A stretch of DNA of 64,000 nucleotides from an uncultured Candidatus Binatia bacterium (lineage in GTDB: Bacteria; Desulfobacterota; Binatia; Bin18). Each line of letters starts with the position of its first letter. Positions within the stretch are counted from its first letter, which is position 1. The notes below the pieces were generated by a model that saw only the letters and a program-made list of their open reading frames with translations, did not search any database and was not told the origin of the DNA. The stretch spans positions 478,180 to 542,179 of the forward strand of contig CBDBDK010000001.1 of NCBI GenBank assembly GCA_965203745.1, in the 5' to 3' direction. Below, piece by piece: positions 1 through 12,784 of this stretch. The position numbers and the translations under genes are program-made.

Positions 1-99
1 GGGCCGTGCGGAGTTGTTGCTCGGCTTCGACATAATGACCTTTTTGATACAGCCGTGCGCCCGCCTCGTTTGCCGTCTCCCAGGTGGTGTCACTCATAG
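1..99 (-). CDS. Partial CDS: only the N-terminus is inside the window; the gene continues past the left edge. Hypothetical protein (MSDTTWETANEAGARLYQKGHYVEAEQQLRTA...).
   Basis: Reverse-complement of nt 1-99 reads ATG then an open frame to the window edge. It is not in the ORF track because it has no in-window stop. Confidence 0.3.
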
Positions 100-177
100 C
101 GTCCCCTTTTGCCCAGCGGTCTGAACACGCCCATATGTAGCAGCCCCTGTGAGAAACTGCGAGGCGTTGAGGCAGGC

Positions 178-1512
178 TTACGCCGCTTCTCGAATCACCG
201 GCATGCCGTCAGATGGAGCAAACGTAATACTCCGCCGGACAACACGCACGGTATGTCCCGGCACTGGCCGGAGTGAGACCCGAGACAACATCTGGGCCAG
301 GACGATTTTCATCTCATAGGTGGCAAAGGCTGCACCCAGACAGTGGCGGACTCCTCCGCCAAAGGGGAAAAAGGTGTAGGGATCAACACGTTTCCCAACA
401 AACCGGTCGGGGTTGAACGTCTCGGGCTCAGGCCATAATTCCGGGCGCCGGTGGGTGAGGTAAATACACGGCGCAGCCACACAGTCCGCAGGTATTTCGT
501 ACGCTCCAATCTGGGTGGGCTGTTCGAGATAGCGAGCTACGACCGGGACAATAGGATTGAGTCGGGCCGTCTCTTTGATGGTCGCATCGAGATACTCAAG
601 CTCGGACATATGCTCGGCTCGTATGGGACCCCCTCCGACTACGCGCTGGAGCTCGGCGCGAACTTTTTCCAGAACGTCCGGGTTTTGTAACAAGCGGTGC
701 ACGACCCAGGACAGCGAAGTGGCGGTGGTCTCGTGTCCGGCCAGCAGCATGGTGATCATCTCATCGCGCAGTTCTTGATCGCTCATGGGCTGCCCATCCT
801 CGTCTCGGGTTTCGATGAGCATGGCCATGATATCGGTGCGTCCGTTTTGGTTTGTGGCTTTGCGCTGGGCAATCTGCTCGTACAGCACCGTATCGATTTC
901 GTGGCCGAGTTGACCGATGCGCCGCCACGAGGTGAGCGGGCCCAGGTTGACTTGCAGCCAACGGATTAAGAGGAGGGGGCTACTCCCCACGAGTCTGAGA
1001 AACTCAATCAGCAGGGACCGCAGTTTCTGGAGCAGTACACCTTCGTCCACGCCAAAGACGGTCCGCAGAATGATGTCAAGCGTGATGGCCTGCATGCGTT
1101 CGTGAATGGGGAAAGGCTGTTCTACCGGCCAGTTGTCAATCGACCGGTCGGCAATCTCGCGCATGATCTCGCCATAGAGACGCATGCGTTCGCCATGAAA
1201 CGGCGGCATAAGCAGTTTGCGCTCCCGTTTATGGCGCGCGCCATCAAGCAACAGGACTGAGTTCTCACCCAAAAACGGTTTGAGAACCACATTGCCCCGA
1301 CCCGCCAGGGCGCGCTCGGGTGAGGCGGTAAAGATCTGTTTGATGGCAACCGGGTCGCTGAAGAACGCAAGCGGCGGCGTATTGAGCCAACGCATGGTGA
1401 AACACTCACCATACTCCTGGGCATATTGCCGCATGATGGGGATGGGCTTGCGAACCCAGTTCAGCGTCTGGAACAGCCGGGGGAGCCTCGGACCGGGGGG
1501 AAGGGAACTCAT
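178..1512 (-). CDS. Cytochrome P450 monooxygenase
   Basis: 444 aa; C-terminal heme-thiolate loop FGGGVRHCLGAAFA (FxxGxRxCxG); AGHETT I-helix motif; ETxR (ETAR) motif. Confidence 0.9.
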   Translation of the reverse strand: MSSLPPGPRLPRLFQTLNWVRKPIPIMRQYAQEYGECFTMRWLNTPPLAFFSDPVAIKQIFTASPERALAGRGNVVLKPFLGENSVLLLDGARHKRERKLLMPPFHGERMRLYGEIMREIADRSIDNWPVEQPFPIHERMQAITLDIILRTVFGVDEGVLLQKLRSLLIEFLRLVGSSPLLLIRWLQVNLGPLTSWRRIGQLGHEIDTVLYEQIAQRKATNQNGRTDIMAMLIETRDEDGQPMSDQELRDEMITMLLAGHETTATSLSWVVHRLLQNPDVLEKVRAELQRVVGGGPIRAEHMSELEYLDATIKETARLNPIVPVVARYLEQPTQIGAYEIPADCVAAPCIYLTHRRPELWPEPETFNPDRFVGKRVDPYTFFPFGGGVRHCLGAAFATYEMKIVLAQMLSRVSLRPVPGHTVRVVRRSITFAPSDGMPVIREAA

Positions 1513-1619
1513 AGAAAAAATCTACGAGACTCCGAGGCGAAGGGCAAGGCGGGAACAAAGTGTTTCCTTGATGACAAGACTTTTCCGTGTTGTACCTCTC
1601 TACGTTTCACGCTTATAAT

Positions 1620-1859
1620 GCATCTGCAAACCCCTGGGAGTGAAGTCAAAGTGCAACTGCTCCGCACTGAAAAACAAAAAGATAATCTCGCAAAATTCTT
1701 CTGGGATATGGCAAAAGTCTCTTTTGCCGTCCTCGTATTAACGCCCTTGGCCAAACCAGAGGCCGGAGAGGTGATTTCTTTTTCGATAGGGACTCTTTCT
1801 GGCGGGGTCCTTTTATCGGTAGGTTACCTTCTCGACGGAATGGAGGTTCAGACATGAGC
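1620..1859 (+). CDS. Possible small membrane protein (about 79 aa) in the P450/CoA-transferase intergenic region
   Basis: Begins MHLQTPGSEVKV... inside ORF 1426..1857; has a hydrophobic stretch VSFAVLVLTPLA; local G+C is lower than the flanks. Speculative. Confidence 0.2.
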
Positions 1860-1962
1860 CCGGCACAGGCACTCACCGCAGTCTTTTTAGTTTTCCTCGC
1901 AATGGGGTTGATCGGTTTGTTTATCGTTTTTACCGACAGGGGGCTGAAGTGGAAGAAATAAT
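1855..1962 (+). CDS. Possible 35-aa single-TM micro-protein (MSPAQALTAVFLVFLAMGLIGLFIVFTDRGLKWKK)
   Basis: ATG overlaps the stop of the preceding small ORF (ATGA coupling). It is an entirely hydrophobic helix followed by basic residues. Below the ORF-track size cutoff. Confidence 0.2.
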
Positions 1963-2046
1963 GCTCTTCTGGATACAGCCGCTCACGCGACTCCTCCCTC
2001 TTCCCTCACAGGACGGCCTCGTACAGGGTAACCCGATCCCTCAGGC

Positions 2047-3243
2047 TTAAATCACCCCGTCTTCTTTGAGCATCCGAATCTCGGCCTCGGACAATCCCAG
2101 CAGCGCGCTGTACACCAGTTCGTTATGCTCGCCCAGATTCGGACTCGGGGTGTCGTTGGGAGGCTGCTGGTCGTTAAAGCGCCAAGGCGCACCGAGCACG
2201 GTGACAGGACCGGCGGTGGGATGATCGATATCCTTGAGGATGCCGCGTTCGCGCAGGTGGGGATCGTTGAGGACTTCTTCGACGGTCTGGACCGCCCCAC
2301 AGGTGATATCCGCCTCACCACACCGGCGCATGATTTCGTGTTTTGGATGACGTGAGGTCCAGGCGCTGACAATCTCATCCACTTCGTCCGCGTGTTTGGA
2401 GCGAGCTCGGTTGGTCGCGAAATTTTCGTCCTGGGCAATATCCTCGCGTCCCATGAGGGTACACAACGCCTGCCAGCGCTGATTGTCCGAGGTCAGCAGT
2501 AAGACGTAGCCGTCACTGGCGGGGTAACAGTTATACGGAGAGAAGGCGCGGTTCGGAGCCCGGTTTCCGGCGCGTTCATAGCTGCCGCCTTGGGCGCGGT
2601 AGGCCGAGATCTGGGCGGTCAGTGGTCCAATGCCCGATTCAAACAGCGAGGTTTCTACTTCGAGCCCCTCTCCGGTGCGGTCGCGCTGATGCAGGGCGGC
2701 CAGTATGCCGGCCGCAAAATGGATGCCTGCCATAATGTCCATAATCGGCGGCCCGGCCTTCATCGGCGGGCCGGCCGGATCGCCCGTTGTGCTCATGATG
2801 CCGGACAGGGCTTGGACAATGGAGTCAAACGCGGGGTAGGCGCTGTACGGGCCGGTCTTGCCATAGCCCGAGCTCGACGCGTAAATAATGCGCGGGTTGA
2901 CATGCTTCAAGTCCTGATAGCCCAGCCCCAGCTTGTCCATGGTCCCGGCGGTAAAGTTCTCGACGACAATATCGGCGCGTGTCACAAACTGTTTGAACAG
3001 CTCTTTGCCGCGTTCGGATTTGAGATTGAGCGTGATGCCCTTTTTATTCGAGTTGAGCATCACAAAGGGATAACTCTGCTTTTCGGTGTCCGGAATGGGA
3101 AAAATACTGCGTGCGCGCTCACCGTAGGGGCGCGGCTCGATCTTAATGACCTCGGCACCGAGCAGCCCCAGCACCTGGGCGGCATAGGGACCGTTAAAGA
3201 CGTGGGTGAGATCAAGAACGCGGATATCGTCGAGTGCTCGCAT
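2047..3243 (-). CDS. Family III CoA-transferase (CaiB/BaiF-type)
   Basis: N-terminus MRALDDIRVLDLTHVFNGPYAAQVLGLLGAEVIKIE is typical of this family. A GAGGGG RBS sits 8 nt upstream of the ATG at 3243; the ATG at 3258 lies within that RBS. Confidence 0.85.
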   Translation of the reverse strand: MRALDDIRVLDLTHVFNGPYAAQVLGLLGAEVIKIEPRPYGERARSIFPIPDTEKQSYPFVMLNSNKKGITLNLKSERGKELFKQFVTRADIVVENFTAGTMDKLGLGYQDLKHVNPRIIYASSSGYGKTGPYSAYPAFDSIVQALSGIMSTTGDPAGPPMKAGPPIMDIMAGIHFAAGILAALHQRDRTGEGLEVETSLFESGIGPLTAQISAYRAQGGSYERAGNRAPNRAFSPYNCYPASDGYVLLLTSDNQRWQALCTLMGREDIAQDENFATNRARSKHADEVDEIVSAWTSRHPKHEIMRRCGEADITCGAVQTVEEVLNDPHLRERGILKDIDHPTAGPVTVLGAPWRFNDQQPPNDTPSPNLGEHNELVYSALLGLSEAEIRMLKEDGVI

Positions 3244-3367
3244 AGACAGTCCCCTCATCAGCGGTCAGCTATCAGTCGAGGCAGGGAAAGGCAAGCAAGC
3301 GCGGGGGATTTTCTGAAAGGAGAAGAAAGGAGTACAAAGGGAAAGGAAAACACACAGGAGGTGGACT

Positions 3368-4804
3368 ATGCTCGATCTCATCATTAGCGGGGGAACCGTT
3401 GTGACGCCCCACACTACGGCGGAACTGGATGTAGGCGTTACCGGGGAGCATATCGTTGCCGTGGGCCAACCGGGAACCCTGAATGCTTCCGCCGGACGGG
3501 TGATCGACGCAACGGGAAAAATCGTCCTGCCGGGCGGGATTGAGCCCCATGCGCATATCGGTATTCCCGTCCCGCCGGACTGGACCGGCCTGCCGGACGT
3601 GATGACCCAGCCGCCCGAGGCGGCCAGTCGGGCGGCCGCGTTCGGTGGGGTGACGACCATTATTGATTTTGCCGGCGACCTGTCCCGCAAGGCGCTGCGC
3701 GGAGAACGGCGCCGCCCGCTGCTTGAGGTGCTTGAGCGGCGGCGGGCCGTCTTTCGCGACCACTGCTACACGGATTTCGCCTTTCACTACATGCTTGCCG
3801 GGGAATGCGGCCATCAAGCCGCGGGCCAGATTGCCGAGGCCTTACAAGAGGGTGTGGGCAGCTTCAAGATTTTTACCACCACGGAGGTGCGTATCCCGTA
3901 CGGACATCTGTGGGAGATTTTTGCCGAAGTGGCCAAACACGGCGGCATGATGGCCGTCCACGCGGAAGAGGACGAGATCGTGAACTACATGCTTGAGAAG
4001 CTTAAGCGCGAGGGCCGCGACCAAGCCTATAATATGCACCTCGTCCACAACAATCTGTCCGAAGACTTGGCTTTTCGTTCGATCATTCGTCTGGCCGAGC
4101 ACACCGGCACCGGGGTGTATTTCGTCCATACTACGGCCAAGGAAGGCGTGCGCGCCATTGCCGAAGCACGCCAGTCCGGACAGCCCGTATACGGTGAGGC
4201 CCTGCATCACTATCTGCACTTCACCTGTGAAGATTATAAGAAGCCGGACGGCATGGCGGTTCATACCTATCCGGCGCTGAAATTCGCCGACGACCGAGAT
4301 GCTCTGGTGGACGGGTTGCTCGACGGACGTCTGTGCACCACGGCCACGGACGAGTATACGACCTATAAAGGCCCCAAACTGTTCAGCGATCGTATCGAAT
4401 CCATCTGCGGTGGGCATAACGGCATCGAGACGCGCATTCCGGTGGCGTTCACGAAATGTGTGGTCGAACGGGGGATGCCGCTCCAGCGCTTTGCCGCCAT
4501 CATCGCCACCAACGCGGCCAAGATTCTGGGGCTGTATCCGCAAAAGGGCGCCATTCAGCCGGGCAGCGATGCGGACATTGTCCTGCTCGATCCTCAGTTG
4601 ATCAAAACGCTGGCGGTAGAGGATTTGCACGCCGACTCTGACTACAGCATTTGGGAAGGGTTTACCTGCCAGGGCTATCCGGTGATGACGCTCTTGCGTG
4701 GCAAGGTGATTGTCGAAGACGGCAAGCTGGTCGGCCACTCGACGGATGGGCGCTGGCTGAAGCGCAAGGTTGGAGGGGATGTTTTGGCTCGGCCCGCTCT
4801 GTGA
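3368..4804 (+). CDS. Cyclic amidohydrolase (dihydropyrimidinase / D-hydantoinase-like)
   Basis: 478 aa; GGTVV...GGIEPHAHIG metal-binding HxH motif; overall amidohydrolase layout; AGGAGG RBS. Confidence 0.8.
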   Translation: MLDLIISGGTVVTPHTTAELDVGVTGEHIVAVGQPGTLNASAGRVIDATGKIVLPGGIEPHAHIGIPVPPDWTGLPDVMTQPPEAASRAAAFGGVTTIIDFAGDLSRKALRGERRRPLLEVLERRRAVFRDHCYTDFAFHYMLAGECGHQAAGQIAEALQEGVGSFKIFTTTEVRIPYGHLWEIFAEVAKHGGMMAVHAEEDEIVNYMLEKLKREGRDQAYNMHLVHNNLSEDLAFRSIIRLAEHTGTGVYFVHTTAKEGVRAIAEARQSGQPVYGEALHHYLHFTCEDYKKPDGMAVHTYPALKFADDRDALVDGLLDGRLCTTATDEYTTYKGPKLFSDRIESICGGHNGIETRIPVAFTKCVVERGMPLQRFAAIIATNAAKILGLYPQKGAIQPGSDADIVLLDPQLIKTLAVEDLHADSDYSIWEGFTCQGYPVMTLLRGKVIVEDGKLVGHSTDGRWLKRKVGGDVLARPAL

Positions 4805-4827
4805 TGCTATTGTCCGCCTGACAGGCC

Positions 4828-5619
4828 ATGACTACGTGGGACCCGCAACAATATCAGCGCTTTCAAAAGGAACGCGCCCAGCCGTTCTTCGATTTAGTGA
4901 ATCGTCTGCCGGATGGCGAGGTAACAACCGCCGCCGATCTGGGCTGCGGTCCGGGCACGCTCACAGTGACTTTGACCGAACGCTGGCCTCATGCGACCGT
5001 GTGGGGGGTGGATAATTCGCCTCAGATGCTGGCCAAGGCCAGGGCGCTCCCAGCTCAGCCACGGCTGCATTTTGTGGAAACGGATATTGCCGAATGGTCC
5101 CCGCCGCAGCGGCTGGACCGCATCATCTCGAACGCGGCCCTGCACTGGGTGCCCGAGCATCAGGCCGTTTTACGGCGTTTAATCGGCCTGCTGACCCCAC
5201 ACGGCGTGCTGGCCGTACAGATGCCGAACAATCATGCCGAGGCCGCCCACCGGATTCTACGCGAGTCAACGCAGCAAGAGCCGTGGGGGTCGCTGCTGGC
5301 GGACGCTGAAGAGCGCTTTACGCTACAGACTCCCCGCTGGTATGCCCAAACGCTCCACAGCCTCGGGTGTACAGTCCAGGTGTGGGAGACGATTTATTAC
5401 CACCTCTTGTCCGGTGAGAATGCGGTCCTGGAATGGATGAAAGGCACGGCCCTGCGACCGACGCTTGAGCGTTTGGGCCAACGCCTCGGTCAGGACGGGC
5501 AGACCGCATTTCTGTACATGTACGGCCAGAAGCTCGCCCAGGCGTATCCGGCCGGCCCGAACGGGATGCTGTTTCCTTTTCGTCGCCTGTTCTTTATTGC
5601 GCAGCGCGATAAGCCCTGA
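4828..5619 (+). CDS. tam: Trans-aconitate 2-methyltransferase-like SAM-dependent methyltransferase
   Basis: MTTWDPQQYQRFQKERAQPFFDL...DLGCGPGTLT glycine-rich SAM motif; length 263 aa. Confidence 0.75.
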   Translation: MTTWDPQQYQRFQKERAQPFFDLVNRLPDGEVTTAADLGCGPGTLTVTLTERWPHATVWGVDNSPQMLAKARALPAQPRLHFVETDIAEWSPPQRLDRIISNAALHWVPEHQAVLRRLIGLLTPHGVLAVQMPNNHAEAAHRILRESTQQEPWGSLLADAEERFTLQTPRWYAQTLHSLGCTVQVWETIYYHLLSGENAVLEWMKGTALRPTLERLGQRLGQDGQTAFLYMYGQKLAQAYPAGPNGMLFPFRRLFFIAQRDKP

Positions 5620-5714
5620 TAACACTCCGGGCCACCCTGCCACTCACGGAGTCGGCTGAGTCCAGCAAAGCCAGTGAGCGAGCAGTCCACCATCAGCGGT
5701 GTTGAGAGATTATT

Positions 5715-6944
5715 GTGTCAGACAGCACGCACAAACGCGCGATCTTCATTCTGGCCGGGGCGGTGTTTGCCACCATGCTGGGAAACGGCATGGTGATGCC
5801 CTTCATTCCCGTGTATGTCGCACAATTCGGCCTGGGCGGCCTGGGGGCGGGCTTGCTGTTCAGCGTCCATGCCGCCACCCGGACCGTGTTGCTGCCGTTC
5901 ATCGGACGCGCGTCCGACCGCTGGGGCAGACGTGGCTTTCTGCTGATCGGGGTGCTGTTCTACGCCGTGGCCTCCCTGGCCTATCCCCTGGCCGACCGGG
6001 TCGCGGCCTTTGTCGGCATTATGGCGGTCCACGGCACGGGCATGGCCATCGTCCATCTGGTTTCCATGGCCTATGTCGGCGACCTGGCACCGCGTGGTGA
6101 GGAGGGCCGCTATAGCGGGTATATGAATACCGCCCTCCTGGGTGGGATTGCCGGCGGGCCGGTCCTGGGAGGAGTCCTCCGCGACCTGTCTTCCATGTCG
6201 GTCAACTTTCTGACGATGAGTGTCATGAGCGGGGTGTCCTTCCTGTTGCTTGCAGTCCTGCTGTCTCCTGTCGAATCCGTCCGAACCGGACCGAAAAAAC
6301 CCCAGCCAGCCTCCACCACACCCTGGCAATTACTCTCCTGCCGTCCGGTCGTCGGGGTGGCGAGTTTTCGTCTCGCCTATGCGTGTACGAACGCGTTGAT
6401 CTGGATATTCCTGCCGGTCCTGGCTGCCCGGCTGTGGACCTTATCCACAACACAGATCGGGGTGTTAATCTCCGTCAACGTGATGGTCAGCACCGTGCTG
6501 CAAGCCCCCTGCGGCCGGCTGGCCGACCGCAAGCGGAAGGCTGTGCTGATTGCCCTGGGCGGAGTCGGCAGCGCGTTGGCCCTGGCCGCCGTTCCGTTTG
6601 CGACCGTGTTCTGGCAGGTGCTGGCCCTCAATATCTGTATAGGTGCCTGCTATGGTTTGGCCTTCCCGGCCCATACCGCGGTCGGCATGGAGAACGCCGG
6701 TCCATACGGCATGGCCACCGTCATGAGCCTGCTCATGATGGCGCACGGCGCCGGCATGATGGTCGGGCCACTGCTGTTCGGCGCAATTGCGGATCAACTG
6801 AGTCTGGCCTGGGTGTTCTGGGCCGGGGGGCTGATTAACCTCGGCCTGATCATCGCCTGTTGGCTGTTGCTGGTCGGCGCGCCAACCAAACTGGAAGTCG
6901 AACCGCTCCGACCCGTGAACACCGATCCTGTTGAGGCGGACTAA
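5715..6944 (+). CDS. MFS transporter
   Basis: 409 aa, with about 12 hydrophobic segments and an MFS-type GRxxDRxGRR loop (GRASDRWGRRG). Confidence 0.8.
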   Translation: MSDSTHKRAIFILAGAVFATMLGNGMVMPFIPVYVAQFGLGGLGAGLLFSVHAATRTVLLPFIGRASDRWGRRGFLLIGVLFYAVASLAYPLADRVAAFVGIMAVHGTGMAIVHLVSMAYVGDLAPRGEEGRYSGYMNTALLGGIAGGPVLGGVLRDLSSMSVNFLTMSVMSGVSFLLLAVLLSPVESVRTGPKKPQPASTTPWQLLSCRPVVGVASFRLAYACTNALIWIFLPVLAARLWTLSTTQIGVLISVNVMVSTVLQAPCGRLADRKRKAVLIALGGVGSALALAAVPFATVFWQVLALNICIGACYGLAFPAHTAVGMENAGPYGMATVMSLLMMAHGAGMMVGPLLFGAIADQLSLAWVFWAGGLINLGLIIACWLLLVGAPTKLEVEPLRPVNTDPVEAD

Positions 6945-8038
6945 AAGAACTTGATGACGCTCCGGGCCACCCCGCCGCCCTCTTTCAGCAGGTCGTAGGC
7001 CTCGTTGACCTGTTCGAGCGCAAACGTCTTGGAGACCAACTCGTCGATCTTGATCTTTTTATCCATATACATGTCGAGCAGGCGGGGCATATCGACGCGG
7101 GGGCGGGTCGAACCGTAGAATGAACCCTGAAGCCGCTTTTCCATCAGACAAAAGATGTTCGGATTGAGCGAGATGCGCGAACCGTCGGGCGACACGCCGA
7201 CCACCGTGCACACGCCCCCGCGGCCCGTCATCTTGAACGCCAGCTCGATCGTCTTGGGCGAGCTGATGACCTCGAAGGCATAGTCGGCTCCGCGTCCGCC
7301 GGTCAGTTCCATAACCGCCTTGAAGGCGTCGTCCTGGCCGGGGTTGATGGTATGGGTCGCGCCAAAGGTCTTGGCAAACTCCAGTTTCGAGTCGAGCAGA
7401 TCGACCGCAATAACCTGCCGCGCCCCTGCCAGGGCACAGCCCTGAATGACGTTGAGGCCCACGCCGCCACAGCCGATGACCACGGTGGAGGAGCCGGGCT
7501 GAACGTTGGCGGTGTTGACTGCCGCGCCAACCCCGGTCATGGTTCCGCAGCCCACAAAACAGGCCCGGTCAAGCGGAATATCTTCCCGGATCTTGATGGC
7601 GCAGCTCTCGTGGACAACGGCCTCTTCGGCGAACGAGGCCGTGTACGCAAAGTGGAAAACCTCCTCGTTGTTCTTACGCAGGCGCGTTGTCCCGTCCAGG
7701 AGCGTGCCGAGCGCTCTGGGCCGGGTTTCACACAGATGCGGCTGCCCCTGGGTACAATAGTGGCAGGTGCCACAGACAGGATTGAAAGACAGTACGACAT
7801 GGTCGCCCTCTTTGACCGAGGTCACGCCGGCGCCAACCTCGGCTACTACCCCGGCGCCCTCATGCCCCAGAACCATGGGCAGCGGCATCCGCATATCGCC
7901 GGTCATGACGTGCAAATCACTATGACAGGCCCCGTTGGCCGCCACCTTGACCTTGACCTCTCCGGCTTTTGGCGGGTCGATGTGTAAATCTTCAATCACG
8001 AGTGGTTTGTTCGGCTCATATAACACAGCAGCTTTCAT
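6941..8038 (-). CDS. Zn-dependent alcohol dehydrogenase (MDR family)
   Basis: GHEGAGVV and GACHSDLH zinc-ligand motifs; GCGGVG NAD-binding motif. The true start is MKAAVLYE, with a GGAGG RBS; the track ORF is extended upstream to 8122. Confidence 0.85.
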   Translation of the reverse strand: MKAAVLYEPNKPLVIEDLHIDPPKAGEVKVKVAANGACHSDLHVMTGDMRMPLPMVLGHEGAGVVAEVGAGVTSVKEGDHVVLSFNPVCGTCHYCTQGQPHLCETRPRALGTLLDGTTRLRKNNEEVFHFAYTASFAEEAVVHESCAIKIREDIPLDRACFVGCGTMTGVGAAVNTANVQPGSSTVVIGCGGVGLNVIQGCALAGARQVIAVDLLDSKLEFAKTFGATHTINPGQDDAFKAVMELTGGRGADYAFEVISSPKTIELAFKMTGRGGVCTVVGVSPDGSRISLNPNIFCLMEKRLQGSFYGSTRPRVDMPRLLDMYMDKKIKIDELVSKTFALEQVNEAYDLLKEGGGVARSVIKFF

Positions 8039-8193
8039 GACCTTTATCCTCCCGTTAATAAAATACTCCGTAGAACACCGGAATGATAAACGGCTCGGGG
8101 AGTGCTGTCCAGAAAGCCTCACCCGGTTCGATGGCCTGTTCCCACAAGAGCAAGCTCAGGGGGCGTGCGGGCCTTCCATTCTTCTGAGAAAAA

Positions 8194-10443
8194 ATGAATA
8201 ACCCTGATATGAAATTCCATCGAAGTCGGCGCGGAGGAGTGCTGTCTTGGGTTGTGTTGCTATGCGCCGCTACGCTGGTGCCGCCCCTCGTGTTTGCCCA
8301 GCCGCAGCACATGCTCGAAGATATTACCGTCACGGCCCGCAAACAGGAGCAGCGCGCTTTTGACGTGCCCCTGTCATTGTCCGTACTTCAGGGTGAGGGG
8401 CTCGACCGGCTGCGCTCGTCGGGCATGGACGTGCGTTTTCTGAACAACCGTGTGCCCAGCCTGCAAGCCGAATCGTCCTTTGGGCGCTTCTTTCCCCGGT
8501 TCTACATACGCGGCTTGGGCAATACCGACTTTGATATGAATGCATCCCAGCCGGTCTCGGTGATGTACGACGGGATTGTGTTGGAAAACTCCCAACTCAA
8601 GAGTACCCCGGTTTTTGATATAGAGCGTATTGAGGTGTTGCGCGGACCGCAGGGCACGCTCTTTGGGCGCAACACCACCGCCGGCGTTATCAAGATCGAA
8701 TCGGCCCGTCCGACCTGGGACTGGGAGGGCTATGGCCGGCTGTCTTATGGACGATTCAACAGCGTGAATTTTGAGGGAGCGCTGTCCGGGCCGCTGATCC
8801 CGTCCGTCCTGGCGGCGCGGGCCTCGGTGCTGGTCCAGCGTCGGAGCGACTGGGTAGACAACACCTACACTGGCGAGGACGACGCCTTGGGCGGCTATCG
8901 CGATGTGGCCGGACGGCTTCAGTTTTTATTGACACCGACCGAGAATCTGTCCGGGCGGTTCAAGGTGCATATTCGCGACTTCGGCGGCACGCCTCGCCTC
9001 TTCCGGGCAAATGTGCTCAAGCCGGGCCATGCTGACTTGGTTTCGGGCTTCCGACGCGACAAAATCGCCCATGACGCTGACAGTGACGCGGGGGTGAGCG
9101 GCCACGGCTTCGCCTCCGAATTGCACTACACGCTTGGGTCTGTCCGGTTGATCTCGCTGACCGGCGGGGAGTGGCTCGACAGCTTCGCAAGAGGCGATAT
9201 CGACGGTGGCTATGGTGCGGTCTGGAGTCCGCCCAGCGGACCGGGCCTGATTCCGTTTCCGGCTGAGACCGAGGACGGGATATCGGCTCTGCGTCAATTA
9301 AGCCAGGAGGTGCGTCTGGAACACACGGCCTGGCAGCGCCTGGACTGGCGGGTGGGTGTCTTCTATTTCCACGAGGAGCTCGACATGTTCGGCCTCAACT
9401 ACGACACCCTGGCTGGAAATGTCGTGAATGGCCGTATCCGCCATGAGCAACGGACAGAAGCGTGGGCCGTGTTTGCCGGGGCGACGCTGAGCATCACCGA
9501 CAATCTCGAAGTGACCGCTGGCGTGCGTGTCTCTGAGGACGACAAGGAATACCGTATCGAACGTCTGCAGTCACCCATCGGTGCCGGTCCGCTTGGCCCG
9601 CTCCGCAAGGCTCCCCGCGACCTGGTGCCGAGCTGGGATCTGAGCCTGCGCTACCAGTTCCGGCCCGGCATCCAGCCCTACGTCCGCGTGGCCAGCAGCT
9701 TCCGCGCGCCCAGCATTCAGGGCCGGTTGCTGTTCAGCGACGAGGTGACTGTGGCCGACACTGAAGACATCATCTCGGTCGAGGTTGGTCTGAAGATGCG
9801 GCTGTGGCAGCAGCGGCTCCACCTTGATCTGGCGGCCTATCATTTCTGGATGAACGATCAACAACTGACCGCGGTCGGCGGTGATGCCAATGTCGCCCGC
9901 CTCGTGAATGCCGACCGTACCATCGGACGGGGGGTTGAGGCTGAGCTGGCGCTGGTCCTGGCCCGTGGCCTGCGCTTTACCGCAGGGGCAAGTTACAATT
10001 ATACGCGGCTTGACGACTCTGGTCTGTTCATCCCCCCGTGCGGCGCGGACTGTGCCGTCCTGGACCCGCCCGGACCGGTTCCCGGTACCGTGTCGATCGA
10101 CGGCAACCGGCTGTACCAGGCACCACGCTGGATCGTGAATTTCAGTCTGGACTATACCTACGTGCTTGCCGGTGGCTCGACCCTGATAGCGTCCACCGAT
10201 TGGGCCTACCGCAGCCGCATTAACTTTTTTCTGTACGATTCGCGAGAATTCCGTGACGATCATCGGCTTGAGGGCGGGGCGCGCGTGGCCTGGGTCTCGC
10301 CTTCCGGTGTCCTGGAAGTTGCAGCCTTTGGGCGTAATATTCTGAACGATACCTCTCCCGCCGGCGGCATCGACTTTAACAACCTGACCGCCTACATCAA
10401 CCAACCGTCCTACTGGGGTGTTGAAGGGGGCGTGCGTTTCTGA
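8194..10443 (+). CDS. TonB-dependent outer-membrane receptor (paralog 1)
   Basis: Signal peptide ...LVFAQPQ; plug-domain region DITVTARKQEQRAFDVPLSLSVL...VEVLRGPQGTLFGRNTTAG; about 750 aa; C-terminal GGVRF. Confidence 0.8.
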   Translation: MNNPDMKFHRSRRGGVLSWVVLLCAATLVPPLVFAQPQHMLEDITVTARKQEQRAFDVPLSLSVLQGEGLDRLRSSGMDVRFLNNRVPSLQAESSFGRFFPRFYIRGLGNTDFDMNASQPVSVMYDGIVLENSQLKSTPVFDIERIEVLRGPQGTLFGRNTTAGVIKIESARPTWDWEGYGRLSYGRFNSVNFEGALSGPLIPSVLAARASVLVQRRSDWVDNTYTGEDDALGGYRDVAGRLQFLLTPTENLSGRFKVHIRDFGGTPRLFRANVLKPGHADLVSGFRRDKIAHDADSDAGVSGHGFASELHYTLGSVRLISLTGGEWLDSFARGDIDGGYGAVWSPPSGPGLIPFPAETEDGISALRQLSQEVRLEHTAWQRLDWRVGVFYFHEELDMFGLNYDTLAGNVVNGRIRHEQRTEAWAVFAGATLSITDNLEVTAGVRVSEDDKEYRIERLQSPIGAGPLGPLRKAPRDLVPSWDLSLRYQFRPGIQPYVRVASSFRAPSIQGRLLFSDEVTVADTEDIISVEVGLKMRLWQQRLHLDLAAYHFWMNDQQLTAVGGDANVARLVNADRTIGRGVEAELALVLARGLRFTAGASYNYTRLDDSGLFIPPCGADCAVLDPPGPVPGTVSIDGNRLYQAPRWIVNFSLDYTYVLAGGSTLIASTDWAYRSRINFFLYDSREFRDDHRLEGGARVAWVSPSGVLEVAAFGRNILNDTSPAGGIDFNNLTAYINQPSYWGVEGGVRF

Positions 10444-10492
10444 TGACAGGTGTGCCTCAGGCCGGGACCTCGGCACCGTAAGGGAGAAGAAG

Positions 10493-12784
<2,292 letters not shown>

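Noticed and set aside
3842-4738. Long antisense ORFs inside annotated genes. Examples: 3842-4738, 5718-6329, 9571-10476, 11390-12460, 16038-17027, 28663-29523, 30943-31923, 32845-33777, 35125-36306, 39370-40338, 41489-42454, 43355-44269, 45498-46916, 56129-57280.
   Set aside because: Each lies fully within, and opposite to, a gene with strong motif support. Their products are Arg/Pro/Gly-rich low-complexity with no motifs. They are typical stop-codon-poor artefacts of high G+C.
8039-8122. Upstream extension of the alcohol dehydrogenase ORF to 8122
   Set aside because: The MKAAVLYE start at 8038 has a GGAGG RBS and matches the canonical MDR N-terminus. The extension adds non-homologous residues.
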